From positions 1-57,547 of the forward strand of contig JABIHA010000142.1 of the NCBI GenBank assembly GCA_018649885.1: a stretch of 57,547 nucleotides of DNA. Reading direction: 5' to 3'. Positions 19,361 through 29,342 of this stretch are shown here, piece after piece. A program made the translations under genes and the position numbers. This DNA comes from Bacteriovoracaceae bacterium (lineage in GTDB: Bacteria; Bdellovibrionota; Bacteriovoracia; Bacteriovoracales; Bacteriovoracaceae). Position 1 is the first letter of the stretch. Each line of letters opens with the position of its first letter. Below the pieces are notes generated by a model. That model saw nothing but the letters and a program-made list of their open reading frames with translations. It was not told the origin of the DNA and made no database searches.

Positions 19361-20762
19361 GCTTAACTCCCATTAAGGCGGCAAAATAGTGACCACCTAT
19401 TTTTCCAGACTGAGTTTGTGCACCTGAGTTGTAAGCTTTAAGATTTTCTTTTTTATACTGAGAATATTTAAAACCAAAAATAAAATCCACTGGATGCTCA
19501 ATGGCACTGCCAAGAGATTCAAACCGAAGAGTTGAGCCTAAGTTAACCACATATCTTTCTGAGTCTACTACGGCCAAACTTGTAGGTTTATCAGGTAGCG
19601 CACTTTCATGAAACTCAAGGCCTGAGGCCATATGAACACTTCCACCAAAGAGATTAAAAACATTAAAGAATTCCCCACCAAGCTGAAAACTCCAAGTATC
19701 ATCAAGGGTAATACTGTCTTGAACAATTTTCCCACCCGTCAGATCAGAGAGATCCTTTCCCAGGAGCCCAATAACAGGGGCCTTGTAATGAGACCACATA
19801 GACCTAATAACTGAGTTATGAATTGCAAACGTAGAGCTTTTATAACTCGCCCCAAATGCAAAAGTTTCAGGATCGTAATAGGCAATCATTTCTGATCCCG
19901 CTGAAAGAGGGAAAGTCCCCACTCCTGCTATATTAAAACTAGTGTCTATAACGATTTCACTTTTTTCTTTACTAGCTGCCCGGTAAAAAGCACCCATTTT
20001 AAAAAGTTTTTGCTGATCAATTTCCTTGGTATAACCTAGACCCGCATAGGGAATATAGCTTGGCTTTAACTCCATTAGCATTCTGGCATCAGCGTCTGTA
20101 TCTGAAGCAGCCAGTTGCATTTGACCTTCGGCCAAGAAGGAGTGAAAAATACCAGCTCCCATAGAAAAGCCCCAAGGCAGATTTGAAGAAATAGCAGTAA
20201 AGACTTCAGGACGACTTTGTCTTTCATTATAGTGAAGATAAGTTGACTCGTGCCCTGTGAAGGCATGCATTCGTGCCAAGTGCCCGATGGGAAGAGATCC
20301 AGAAACACCAATTCCCAACCAACTTGAAAGTGGAATCACGAGTGAAAAGGAAGTCCATTTTAGATCAGCTGCTTTATCTGCTTGATAGGGATCAGATTTT
20401 ATCCCAGAAGTTGTTTGAGCAACATTGGTTCTATCTGCATTATGTAAATTAGGTCTTGCGTAACTAAGGCCCAGTGAAACTTCTAATTTTTTATCTCTTG
20501 CAATGAAGGCGGGATTTCCTTGTGCCGCTCCGACACCAGGGTCACTAAAACGATTACTTTGTCCTAAAATCATGGAGCGAGGATCGGCGCCAAGCATGTC
20601 TGTCGTCGCTGAGTATAAACTTGAGAAACACAGAGCGGTGAGCACTATATAAACTGAATGATGCCAATTTCTTATATGCTTAACTCGTTGCAAAATTCCC
20701 TTCCCTCTGACTTGTTTAGTCATAGTGATATAGTCAAAATGGCGCACTTTAACAAGAAACAA
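19350..20762 (-). CDS. FadL/OmpP1-family outer-membrane channel
   Basis: GADPRSMILG and GNPA hatch motifs; DDTW; barrel strands; ends VKLEL. The start is probably TTG near 20693. Confidence 0.7.
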   Translation of the reverse strand: MFLVKVRHFDYITMTKQVRGKGILQRVKHIRNWHHSVYIVLTALCFSSLYSATTDMLGADPRSMILGQSNRFSDPGVGAAQGNPAFIARDKKLEVSLGLSYARPNLHNADRTNVAQTTSGIKSDPYQADKAADLKWTSFSLVIPLSSWLGIGVSGSLPIGHLARMHAFTGHESTYLHYNERQSRPEVFTAISSNLPWGFSMGAGIFHSFLAEGQMQLAASDTDADARMLMELKPSYIPYAGLGYTKEIDQQKLFKMGAFYRAASKEKSEIVIDTSFNIAGVGTFPLSAGSEMIAYYDPETFAFGASYKSSTFAIHNSVIRSMWSHYKAPVIGLLGKDLSDLTGGKIVQDSITLDDTWSFQLGGEFFNVFNLFGGSVHMASGLEFHESALPDKPTSLAVVDSERYVVNLGSTLRFESLGSAIEHPVDFIFGFKYSQYKKENLKAYNSGAQTQSGKIGGHYFAALMGVKLEL

Positions 20763-20850
20763 TTTTGTGATTCATACTATGCACTGTGCAATTTATAAAT
20801 TACTCTGATCGGACAAAACAAAAATAGTTTTTAAGTAAGGAAAAGTAGAT

Positions 20851-22029
20851 ATGAAGCAATGCATCTTAGTCACAGTTACTGGAACTGACAGGCCCGGTAT
20901 CACTGCCGCCTTGATGAGAATTTTAACGCGCAACAACTATGTCATCGCTGATATGGGACAGAGTGTTACACATGGTCTACTCTCTTTAAGTTTTCTGATT
21001 CACTCTCCTGCAAACTCTGACGGGGGCTCTTCTCCAGTATTAAAAGATTTACTATTTGAAGCAAAAAATTTCGAAGTCAATTTAGATTTTAAAATTATAG
21101 AAACAACTCTTGGACCCCAAGGAAAAAAAGGTGATAAATTTGTCCTCAGTTGTGTCAGTCCAGAAAATATTGGTGCAGGCTTCATGGCAGAGATGGCCAA
21201 TGCTCTTGCAGAAAAAAATGTTAACATTTCAAGAATTGATAATGTCACTGGTTACGATTTCAAATCAGTTGAAGTCACAACAGAAGAAGTGGCCGATACA
21301 GTTGTAGCAAGATTAAAAACATCACTTTTAGATATCGGACACAACTACCAAGTTGATACGGCCCTTATTAAAGAATCACTTTATAGAGGAAATAAAAGAT
21401 TAATCGTTTTTGATATGGATTCAACTTTTATTCAAACAGAAGTCATAGATGAAATTGCTGAAGAGCTAAATGTCAGAGACAAGGTTTCAGAGATTACTGA
21501 GCGGGCCATGAACGGAGAGCTAGACTTTGCGGAGTCACTCAAAGAAAGAGTTTCACTTCTAAAAGGCCTGGATGTAAAAAAACTTGAAAAAATCCTTGAA
21601 AGGCTTCCTATCACTGAAGGAATTCCCGAATTTTTGGAAGTAGTGAAAAAACATGGCTACAAAACAGCGATTATCTCAGGTGGCTTTACCTATTTTGCTA
21701 ATGCCCTTAAGGATCGCTTTAACTTAGATTACGCTTTTGCCAATGAGCTAGAAATCAGTGAAGGCAAATTAACCGGCCAAGTCACTGGAACTATTGTGGA
21801 CTCAAATCAAAAGGCCACATTGGTTCAGCTGATAGCTCAACAAGAAGGCATAGGACTTTCTCAAGTGGTGGCCATTGGAGATGGGGCAAACGACCTCCCA
21901 ATGCTTTCAATTGCAGGACTCGGCATTGCCTTTCACGCCAAAGAGCTGGTTAAGAAAAGGGCCAAACAACATTTGAGTTTTGGCCCAATGACCTCAATTT
22001 TATATTTTCTAGGCATTCGAACCGAATAA
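20851..22029 (+). CDS. serB: Phosphoserine phosphatase with ACT domains
   Basis: TGTDRPGIT ACT; FDMDST, ISGGF, GDGANDL. Confidence 0.96.
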   Translation: MKQCILVTVTGTDRPGITAALMRILTRNNYVIADMGQSVTHGLLSLSFLIHSPANSDGGSSPVLKDLLFEAKNFEVNLDFKIIETTLGPQGKKGDKFVLSCVSPENIGAGFMAEMANALAEKNVNISRIDNVTGYDFKSVEVTTEEVADTVVARLKTSLLDIGHNYQVDTALIKESLYRGNKRLIVFDMDSTFIQTEVIDEIAEELNVRDKVSEITERAMNGELDFAESLKERVSLLKGLDVKKLEKILERLPITEGIPEFLEVVKKHGYKTAIISGGFTYFANALKDRFNLDYAFANELEISEGKLTGQVTGTIVDSNQKATLVQLIAQQEGIGLSQVVAIGDGANDLPMLSIAGLGIAFHAKELVKKRAKQHLSFGPMTSILYFLGIRTE

Positions 22030-22213
22030 AGTGTTCCACCTTAATGGAACCTCAAATTCCACTTTGTAATTTTTTTAAAATTGCTTTCATTTTTTCATAG
22101 TAAATTTCTACTGCCGTAAAAATTTACACGCCTTCAATGTAAAGCTTGGAAAATATTGGGTTTCTAGGTATGAAGGTACAGAATACAGATCCACTTAGAG
22201 AGTAATATTTATT

Positions 22214-24502
22214 ATGAAAAAAATTTCATTGGCCCTTTTATGCACGCTAATTACTACAGCCGCCCTGTCTAGTGACGTCTCTCAGTGGGAGCTTAGAACC
22301 TCACAAGGTGAGATGGTGTTACCAGACATCTTCTACTCAGAGAACTTCCAAAATGAGCAACTCTCTCCACTTGAGCTTGAAGATGGAAAATATCTAATCA
22401 AAGACATAATTTATCCAACAATTGGAAACCCAAATCTATATACAAGATCTGATATTAAAGATGAGCTTTTAATTGTGATGAGATCCAATCTCGGAAATGT
22501 TGCTCCTCTATTTAAAGACACTAGGGAGTCACTCACTTGGGCCAACGATTTTGACCAAACTCCTGGTGCAAACCTAGAGTTAAGTGATGACAGTTCACTA
22601 AAAGTCTACTTAGTTAGAAAAAACTTGAGACCATTCACAAGCGGAGCAAAGATAATTCCAATTAAAGGTGGGATTAATAGAATTGTACCAAGCCGAATTT
22701 TCGTACATGACCAATTAGACTATCCTGATGCTTTTAATGAAAGGCACACCTATAGGCTCATTTTCAACCAGAAAAGCTTAGAAAATGTCAAAGCAGGTCT
22801 ATATGACTTAAGAATAGAATATGAACTAGATGATGGAACTCCTTATAGTGAGTTCCAATACAATGCTGTCCATATCAGCAATAAATCTCCAACCAATAAT
22901 TTTGATGTCATAAATATTGCTGATACTCAAGTAAGCCAACACATGGGCATCCTAACGAGGATATCTCCCCAAAGAAAATCTGATCGTCAATTTCAAGAAT
23001 TTGCCAATTTTGTAAACTCAACAAAAGAGAGTCAAATTAGAGGAGCCGAATTCATTCTATCAAATGGAGATATGATGAATGGTGGAGGATTTGGACTATT
23101 TAGTGCTCAGAAAATATTTTTCAACTACTCAGATGAAGCAGGTGCTGTATTTAAAACTGTTAAGAAACTCAACTATCCAACATTTTTGTTACCCGGAAAT
23201 CACGATGGTCATGTGTCTTTTGGATACACCCCCAAATTTTCAAGTAAAAGAAAAAAGATGGGGACTTTTGTAATGGCAGCCAGAGAATTAGACAGCCAAA
23301 AAGGAAATATTCTACATCGCTTTTTAGAAGGAGTTTTCCCAGATAAATACTCAGGGCATAGAGTAGATATTTTTTCTGGAAAGTATATGCGAAAAGGCGA
23401 CTCCGACAGCATTGAAGATAGCTATGTATTCCTTAAAGAAGAGGATCGAAATGTCGTGGTCTATGATGGCTTTAACCATTGGAGAAAGAACTTCGGACCT
23501 CTCAACTATTCATTTAAGTATGGAAACCACTACTTTATAGGCGTTAATAGCTTTGATCTAAGGCAACACAGAAGAACTGGTTTTGGCCAATACATTGCAA
23601 ACTATGGTGGGATGATTGGTCCAGCTCAAATGGAGTGGCTAAAAAAAGAAGTTGAATTTGCCACAAATCAGGGCTTCAGTATCTCTATTATCTCTCACCA
23701 CGATCCAAGAGGCGGAGAAAAGTCAGAGTGGCAAGGTCATTACTATTATAAAAATATTTTCGGTGGCATCAAAAATAATATATGGAGCTACATCAAATAT
23801 GTTCCTCCTCTTGCTGGACCAAAGTGCCGTGAAAAAGGAAAATGCTTTGAAGGTGGTCTTCAGGAATGGATGCTTCCAGACCCAGGACTAGACTGCAAAG
23901 ATCAGTACGTTGTAAAAGGCCAGCTTCGCTGTGATCATAGAGCTGCCACATATGCAGACGAACTTAATTTTTCAGGAATTGATTTTGTAAGTTTATTAGC
24001 AAAATCTAAAAAAGTAAGAACGATCATAATGGGACATGCCCATGAAAATATATTTCATCTAAGCCAATATGGTGACAACCTACTTCCAGATCATAGTCCT
24101 CATGGATTTCACAAGAGAGATATTATAAATGACGAGCATAGAGACTTACTTCATGCACTTAATCAAAAGCTCAAGTCAACTGATTCAGAACTTGAAAGTG
24201 ATGACTTAACCTGGGTCAAGACGGCCGCAACATGCTCTATAACAAATGTCAGATATAAAAGACTTAAGAAGACACTCGGATTTTCACTCTTTAAATACAG
24301 AGAATCTGATGATGATGGTTCTATTCTGGATGAGGTAGACTTTTATCAAAACACAAGAAAGAGTACATTCCAAAAGCTCTATACTTACAAAATTAACAGA
24401 TTAGACTACAAGGTTAATAAAACAAGGCATAAATTATTGCCTAGAAAATGTTTTAAAGAAAGAAATGCTGATAAGAAGAAATGCCACACGGGAGAGATTT
24501 GA
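22214..24502 (+). CDS. Secreted calcineurin-like metallophosphoesterase
   Basis: Signal peptide; ADTQ, NGDM, PGNHD, HHDP, GHAH. Confidence 0.8.
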   Translation: MKKISLALLCTLITTAALSSDVSQWELRTSQGEMVLPDIFYSENFQNEQLSPLELEDGKYLIKDIIYPTIGNPNLYTRSDIKDELLIVMRSNLGNVAPLFKDTRESLTWANDFDQTPGANLELSDDSSLKVYLVRKNLRPFTSGAKIIPIKGGINRIVPSRIFVHDQLDYPDAFNERHTYRLIFNQKSLENVKAGLYDLRIEYELDDGTPYSEFQYNAVHISNKSPTNNFDVINIADTQVSQHMGILTRISPQRKSDRQFQEFANFVNSTKESQIRGAEFILSNGDMMNGGGFGLFSAQKIFFNYSDEAGAVFKTVKKLNYPTFLLPGNHDGHVSFGYTPKFSSKRKKMGTFVMAARELDSQKGNILHRFLEGVFPDKYSGHRVDIFSGKYMRKGDSDSIEDSYVFLKEEDRNVVVYDGFNHWRKNFGPLNYSFKYGNHYFIGVNSFDLRQHRRTGFGQYIANYGGMIGPAQMEWLKKEVEFATNQGFSISIISHHDPRGGEKSEWQGHYYYKNIFGGIKNNIWSYIKYVPPLAGPKCREKGKCFEGGLQEWMLPDPGLDCKDQYVVKGQLRCDHRAATYADELNFSGIDFVSLLAKSKKVRTIIMGHAHENIFHLSQYGDNLLPDHSPHGFHKRDIINDEHRDLLHALNQKLKSTDSELESDDLTWVKTAATCSITNVRYKRLKKTLGFSLFKYRESDDDGSILDEVDFYQNTRKSTFQKLYTYKINRLDYKVNKTRHKLLPRKCFKERNADKKKCHTGEI

Positions 24503-24557
24503 CCTCTTGATCATCTCCCCCAACTGACTTCACAATAGTAGGTGTGAGGAAGTTATA

Positions 24558-25169
24558 ATGGTATTTAAATCACTTAATAAAGCACTTGAGACTCCTGACC
24601 AGGCCAGCGCCTTGGTGCTCAGGCAAAAAAACCTTACTGAAATACCAGAAGAAACCCATCAACTTGAAAACTTAGAAACATTAGAAATTTTCTCTGATAA
24701 ACTTGAGAAAATCGCTCCCTCAATTGCACTTCATGCTAATCTTCAAATTCTGAAAATCAATTCTGAGTCTCTTACTGAAATACCTTCAGAAATTTTTCTC
24801 CTTCCAAAGCTGAGAGTGTTAACAATTAAAAATGGATCACTGAGCTCCTTTCCTGATATAAAAAATGACAATTTCAGCCTGGAAAGACTCTCTATAAACA
24901 ATGCTGGACTGTGCGAGCTGACTTCTAGTTTGGCCAAGCTGAAGGCAATTAAGATGCTCTCCCTTAGCGGAAATCAATTGTCTGAACTCCCTAAGTCCAT
25001 AGTGGGGCTAGGCTCTCTTAATTGGCTTGATTTAGATCGAAATAATTTTTCAGTGATGCCCGAGGTACTTACGGAGTTAAAAGCTCTAACTCACCTTTCT
25101 CTAGACAACAATCCATTTTCAGCAGATGAAAAAAGCCGCATCCAAAAAGTTCTCTCTATTTGGTTTTAG
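24558..25169 (+). CDS. Leucine-rich repeat protein
   Basis: LxxLxLxxNxL repeats (LSLSGNQLSELP, LDLDRNNF, LSLDNNPF). Confidence 0.9.
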   Translation: MVFKSLNKALETPDQASALVLRQKNLTEIPEETHQLENLETLEIFSDKLEKIAPSIALHANLQILKINSESLTEIPSEIFLLPKLRVLTIKNGSLSSFPDIKNDNFSLERLSINNAGLCELTSSLAKLKAIKMLSLSGNQLSELPKSIVGLGSLNWLDLDRNNFSVMPEVLTELKALTHLSLDNNPFSADEKSRIQKVLSIWF

Positions 25170-25756
25170 TTGAATTCATGCTCTTTAATACCGATTGTAC
25201 CTATGATTCGCTTCCTATTGAGAATGAAGTGAATCCCATTTATTACTTCACTTGAATTTCCATGGGTCATAACCCACCGTTCAAGAGATTGGCTATATTG
25301 TAAGGCCAGTGAAAGCTTCTCACTACGAGTTCCACTAACTCCATTTATTAAATAATCAATTTCGAGTGGATAATAAGCTGAGCTTTCAAAGTTGCGAGAT
25401 GAGTATTCCCCAGGCATATATGAGGTGATAATTTCCTTACCGTAGAACTTACATTTCTTTTGATCTTCAGTGCTACTCTTATCTTTCACTTTCTTAAATT
25501 TCTGGTAGTTCAGAACAACTTTTCCACTTCCATTAAAATAACTTTCAGTGGGAATCGATCTATAACAGTTAGGATTTCCAATGACATCAAAGCCATCAAT
25601 GCTTCCATCATCTTTCAGTAATGCCCTGAATTTGTAAACCGTCTCTTCTCCCGAATTAGTAATATTAAGAATTACTGAGGATTTATTCTCTCCCCCATGC
25701 ACATTGCTGCTGAGGCAAAAAATAAGAGCTAAAAGTAGCAGGCCATGATGCCTCAT
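25166..25756 (-). CDS. Secreted hypothetical protein
   Basis: GGAG RBS; signal peptide. Confidence 0.65.
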   Translation of the reverse strand: MRHHGLLLLALIFCLSSNVHGGENKSSVILNITNSGEETVYKFRALLKDDGSIDGFDVIGNPNCYRSIPTESYFNGSGKVVLNYQKFKKVKDKSSTEDQKKCKFYGKEIITSYMPGEYSSRNFESSAYYPLEIDYLINGVSGTRSEKLSLALQYSQSLERWVMTHGNSSEVINGIHFILNRKRIIGTIGIKEHEFN

Positions 25757-25886
25757 AAAGTTCTCCTAAAATTAATTACTACTAATATCTATAGAAAAAC
25801 TGTCATCAAAGGTGAATGAAGTATGAAAAGTTTACATGGTGTATTGGCTTGTATTAATGAGTATTTATAGAGTTCATGTTAATAAA

Positions 25887-26237
25887 TTAAACATTTACTC
25901 GTGAGTTGGCCTGCCTCAAACGGTCTAAAAGTGTTTTCACCAAAACTTGGTACCACTTAGGCCAAGACTCTACCAAGTCGGTATAAGCCTTAGCCTGAAT
26001 TTCAAGAAGAGAGCACTTAGTTTTAGCGATAACAGTCGCGGATCTAGGGCCACCGTCAAGTAGTGACATTTCACCAACGGCCTCTCCAGCTTGAATGTGA
26101 CCAACCACTATTTTTTTACCATCTCTTTCATCAAAAACCTCAAGGGTCCCCTCTTGCAAAATATAAATCATATTGTTGTAGTCTTCGCCTTTATTAAAAA
26201 GGTGATCTTCTTTGTCTAATGAAATCTCATTGGCCAC
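25887..26237 (-). CDS. Stand-alone cyclic-nucleotide-binding domain protein
   Basis: GEMSLLDGGPRSATV. Confidence 0.9.
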   Translation of the reverse strand: MANEISLDKEDHLFNKGEDYNNMIYILQEGTLEVFDERDGKKIVVGHIQAGEAVGEMSLLDGGPRSATVIAKTKCSLLEIQAKAYTDLVESWPKWYQVLVKTLLDRLRQANSRVNV

Positions 26238-26252
26238 AACTTACCTACCTTT

Positions 26253-26603
26253 TTAACCTTTGCAAACTTTTGCATTAGCTTCTGTAATTCTTTTGGCAAT
26301 ATTTTTTATCATTAATTGATGCCAACTAGGCTGCTTTTTAAAAAATTTATTAAAACTATCTGATGGAATAACCTGTAGTGTGCACCTACTAACTGCCTTA
26401 ATAGTGGCAGAGCGTTTTTGACTGTCCAGAAAAGACATCTCTCCTACGACTTCTCCTGATTGAATCTGGCCTACAACTTTTTCTGTACCTTCCAAGTCTA
26501 GGTAAACACCCAGAACACCTTTTTGGAGAAAGTAGAGACAACTCGATTCGTCTCCTTGCTTTATAAGAAGATCACCCTCTGAAATTTCTAATATATCGCT
26601 CAC
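26253..26603 (-). CDS. Stand-alone cyclic-nucleotide-binding domain protein
   Basis: GEMSFLDSQKRSATI. Confidence 0.9.
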   Translation of the reverse strand: MSDILEISEGDLLIKQGDESSCLYFLQKGVLGVYLDLEGTEKVVGQIQSGEVVGEMSFLDSQKRSATIKAVSRCTLQVIPSDSFNKFFKKQPSWHQLMIKNIAKRITEANAKVCKG

Positions 26604-26795
26604 TTATGCCCCACCATTTTACAAGTATTATAAAATAAATAAAAAAAAAGACATACATATTAATATCCGACAGTAGCTCTTTTTTCTCTATTACCTGTGA
26701 AAAACACTTTGTTTCTAGCACCATTTCAAATCTCTGGTTGACGCAAAGATGTAAGAGGAAGAAAATATTGGTGATGAAATATCAAAGAGGTATCA

Positions 26796-27242
26796 GTGGA
26801 AAAAAAGATCATACTTCTCGTTGATGATGAGACTGAGATTCTAACAATATTAAAAAACTTTTGCAGTGGATTTTGCGACGAAGTCCACACTGCAGAAAAT
26901 GGTCAAGCAGCACTTGAGATATTAGAAAATCATTCGATTGGCTGTATTGTATCTGACATAAAAATGCCTGAGATGAGTGGCGTTGAACTTTTAGAATACG
27001 TGAGAGAAAAAGAACTTGAGACTCCATTTATTTTTCTGTCAGGATTTGGCAATGAAGATCATATCAAAAATGCAACGATGCTTGGTGCATTTGATTTTTT
27101 TTATAAACCTTTGATCAACACAGAACCACTTAAAGAAGCCATCATTCACGCATTTGAGCGCAATCAAAATAACCTCGATGGCCTAAAAAGTGAACACGAT
27201 AAATTGGTTAGAGAATTCAACTGCCTGTTGGAAAAAAAATAG
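26796..27242 (+). CDS. Single-domain response regulator
   Basis: LVDDE, SDIKMP, LSG, YKP. Confidence 0.9.
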   Translation: MEKKIILLVDDETEILTILKNFCSGFCDEVHTAENGQAALEILENHSIGCIVSDIKMPEMSGVELLEYVREKELETPFIFLSGFGNEDHIKNATMLGAFDFFYKPLINTEPLKEAIIHAFERNQNNLDGLKSEHDKLVREFNCLLEKK

Positions 27243-27245
27243 ACT

Positions 27246-28076
27246 TTAACCGATTAGCTTCGCGATCAATTTGGGAGCTGCATTTACTTGCTTCAAACTT
27301 TCAAGCGTAGCACTTTCAAGTATATTTAACCTAGCGTTTGCAGCACTGGCCTTTGCTATATCAGTGTCAGCAATCATAGATTTTGCTTTAGTCTGATAGA
27401 CATTAGAGGTTTCAAGGTGAGATACAACAGAATTAACTCGACTATTGAGTGAGCCAAGCTCAGCTCTCCCTTTACTCACGATATGTAAGAAACGATCGAG
27501 ATCTGCAAAGGCCTGCCTTGATCCCTCTTTTGTTTTCATTGAAAGACGGTGAAGGCCAAGGTTTTTAAAACTCTTCAAAACTTTTTGGGGATCATAGGTT
27601 ATACGGTCCTCATTTACTGTATTGTGAATACCAATTTGAAAATCTAACTCATTTGAATCGAGAATTTTTTGTCCGTTAAAAGCTGCTGACTCAATCACCC
27701 TTTTAATCTCATTGGACATTGTTTGAAACTCATAATCAATGATTCCTCTTTCATCATCAGAAATTGTATCAGTGGCAGCTGAAACTGCTAATTGCCTCAT
27801 TCTATTGCTAAGAGTAGAAATGGTCGTAATATTACCTTCTGCAGTTTGAATCATAGATATACTATCATTGGTGTTTCTAATCGCCTGCTGAGAACTTCTA
27901 ATTTTTGAATTCATCTTTGTAGAGATTGCCATTCCAGCAGGATCGAAGGAAGCTTGGTAGACACGACTAGAAGAAGACATGCGAAGAGAGTTATCTACTT
28001 TTTCGCGCGAGACTCTTCCTAAAGCAGCACGTGCTTTAATAGAACCAACATTTGTGTTTACGCGCATCATGGACAC
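27246..28076 (-). CDS. fliC: Flagellin (minimal, D0/D1 only)
   Basis: RVNTNVGS, QAIRNTND.ISMIQTAEG, FNGQKIL, QIG, RAELGS, SMIADTD. Confidence 0.9.
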   Translation of the reverse strand: MSMMRVNTNVGSIKARAALGRVSREKVDNSLRMSSSSRVYQASFDPAGMAISTKMNSKIRSSQQAIRNTNDSISMIQTAEGNITTISTLSNRMRQLAVSAATDTISDDERGIIDYEFQTMSNEIKRVIESAAFNGQKILDSNELDFQIGIHNTVNEDRITYDPQKVLKSFKNLGLHRLSMKTKEGSRQAFADLDRFLHIVSKGRAELGSLNSRVNSVVSHLETSNVYQTKAKSMIADTDIAKASAANARLNILESATLESLKQVNAAPKLIAKLIG

Positions 28077-28138
28077 GGCACTCTTCCTTGAACTAAAGTC
28101 ATCCTTAACTGCAAGTCCTACCTTGGACTTGTATATAA

Positions 28139-28166
28139 ATATCGGAATTTCTTGCCGATTTCCTTA
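28139..28166 (-). promoter_or_regulatory. Sigma28 (FliA) promoter of flagellin
   Basis: Minus strand TAAG-N16-TCCGATAT, 62 bp upstream of the flagellin start. Confidence 0.55.
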
Positions 28167-28838
28167 GCAACTAGCTAGAATTGCATAAGTTTTTTTTGAA
28201 GATAGCTGATATAGATGAGCAATCCGGTTATGATTAGAATGATTTGATACTTTTACAAGATTATAACCGACTAACTCAAGTAGATATCCGCGAAGTGGAT
28301 TAAAATAAATAAAGAATATTTTCTGATCTGGTTTAATTTGATTTTCTAGCTTGTCTAAAAAAATTTTCAATATTTTAGAGTCAAATGGATTATAAAGAAA
28401 AAATATCTTATCTCCTTCTGGAACAATATAATCTAAAACGTCTGAATTGATAGAAGATATTTTCTTGCAAATATTTTTTTTTGAATTCTGTAAGTTCTCA
28501 ATATTGTGGATGGCAACCTGATGCAAGTTAGAAGCTATTTCAACGCCTGTGACTGATTTAAATGGATAAAATGAAGCAAGCATAATTGCTCGCCCCTTAC
28601 CACTTCCCAGGTCTATAAAGTGAAATTTTTTATAATCAAAATCAAGTGAGTTAAGAAAATTTTTGAAATGTCTTACCGGAATTCCTTCATATCTTCTCGC
28701 GCCTAAAATTGATTCAGAGTTTGTTTCAAGATTAGCAATATCAACAAATTTCCTAGTAGAAACACTATAGCGAAAATCGAAGTGCCAGTCGTAAACTGTG
28801 TTGAGTATCTTATCTGCGATAATGGCAAGCTTCTTCAA
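28164..28838 (-). CDS. Class I SAM-dependent methyltransferase
   Basis: FIDLGSGKGR, GVEI, FLYNPF. Confidence 0.85.
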   Translation of the reverse strand: MKKLAIIADKILNTVYDWHFDFRYSVSTRKFVDIANLETNSESILGARRYEGIPVRHFKNFLNSLDFDYKKFHFIDLGSGKGRAIMLASFYPFKSVTGVEIASNLHQVAIHNIENLQNSKKNICKKISSINSDVLDYIVPEGDKIFFLYNPFDSKILKIFLDKLENQIKPDQKIFFIYFNPLRGYLLELVGYNLVKVSNHSNHNRIAHLYQLSSKKTYAILASC

Positions 28839-28994
28839 TCAACTCTCCGATTTCATCACTATTATAAACAAAAAGTATTTTTGAATCAGCTTATAAATTG
28901 GTGTTTTTATAAGAGACTCACGGTTTCGCTCAACTTTTGGTATAATTAACCGAGAGACATACTCAGAGAAGACCACTCAAAAAAGGAGTCTAAA

Positions 28995-29147
28995 ATGGGA
29001 AAGAAAGGTAACTCAAAGGAAAAGCAAAAGAAGCTGACTAAAAAAGAGCAGAAAAAAGCTAATCACCTAAAACTTATGCAAGGAAAAAAATCAGGTGATG
29101 CTCCCAGTACCTTCAATCAAGAAAATGACCAAAAAAAAGCAGCATAA
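28995..29147 (+). CDS. Small basic protein, 50 aa (not in ORF track)
   Basis: AAGGAG RBS; MGKKGNSKEKQKKLTKKEQKKANHLKLMQGKKSGDAPSTFNQENDQKKAA; hairpin immediately downstream. Confidence 0.65.
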   Translation: MGKKGNSKEKQKKLTKKEQKKANHLKLMQGKKSGDAPSTFNQENDQKKAA

Positions 29148-29152
29148 ATTTC

Positions 29153-29182
29153 ATTGGGGTTTCATTGACTTGATGCCCCAAT
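29153..29182 (+). terminator. Probable terminator after the small ORF
   Basis: attgggg...ccccaat stem. Confidence 0.45.
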
Positions 29183-29342
29183 AATTTCATCTTACCTCCA
29201 CCCAAATTTCATAATTCTCAGTTTTCTCCAGAGTTGCACCTGTTTTCGATCAATGACACACCGAGAACCTTGTCCCCTCAGATCTATTGTTGTATATCCA
29301 TATGAACTTTATATTAGAAAGACAATGCAGGCTGGAGGTTAG

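Noticed and set aside
29183..29342. FMN riboswitch upstream of the rib operon
   Set aside because: The conserved RFN sequence blocks are not present. ribD is also absent here and is presumably elsewhere.
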